Source: the human T2T-CHM13v2.0 reference genome, Homo sapiens
DNA: 64,000 bases
Direction: 5' to 3' (one strand)
Assembly: GCF_009914755.1 (NCBI RefSeq)
Contig: NC_060938.1
This document shows, one piece after another, positions 63,719 to 64,000 of this stretch. The notes beneath the pieces are model-generated. The model searched no databases and was not told the DNA's origin. It was given only the letters and a program-made list of their open reading frames with translations. The first letter of the stretch is position 1. Each line of letters begins with the position of its first letter. Both the position numbers and the translations under genes were made by a program.

Positions 63719-64000
63719 TGAGAGTTGAAACATTCTGGTTTTGGTTCTCTATATTTGAGTACAGAGAACTTTCATCTCAAACAGCACTTCTTGTATAGAG
63801 ACCAAGAAGAATGCATAAATGGACACATTCAAGTATGTATTGCTTTTATTTCCCATTATTTGAGTTCTTAAACAAAAATGCTATTTTCCCTGATGCATAG
63901 TTTCACTCTGTCCAGCAGTTTGGGTCTTCTGAAATGCTTGCTCCCCTTTCCATGTTATGAGAAAAAAAGAACAGAGCAGGGCAAAGATTTCTGTGGTCGG

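Overview
Primate genomic DNA, almost certainly human (an AluYa5 with all five diagnostic changes and an L1PA2-type element are present). The window is AT-rich and repeat-dense, typical of intergenic or deep intronic sequence, and I recognise no host protein-coding gene, rRNA, tRNA or CRISPR array. Two full-length LINE-1s dominate. One is a young L1PA2-like element on + (9371-15399) with intact ORF1 and ORF0 and an ORF2 broken by a single TGG>TAG change. The other is a decayed L1PA7-like element on - (50324-56715) nested in an L1MB. The rest is Alus, MaLR/ERVL solo LTRs (THE1, MLT1, MLT2A, LTR33), MIR/L2/L1M relics and DNA transposon fossils (MER44, MER20, MER5, MER91). The most interesting, and speculative, observation is a phase-compatible three-exon unit on the - strand at 1861-3740, with a poly(A) signal. 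It lies downstream of the L1 antisense promoter and is in frame with an ORF0 splice donor. Several repair or insertion scars are also visible. Repeat subfamily calls come from recalled consensus sequences, and boundaries of old repeats are approximate.
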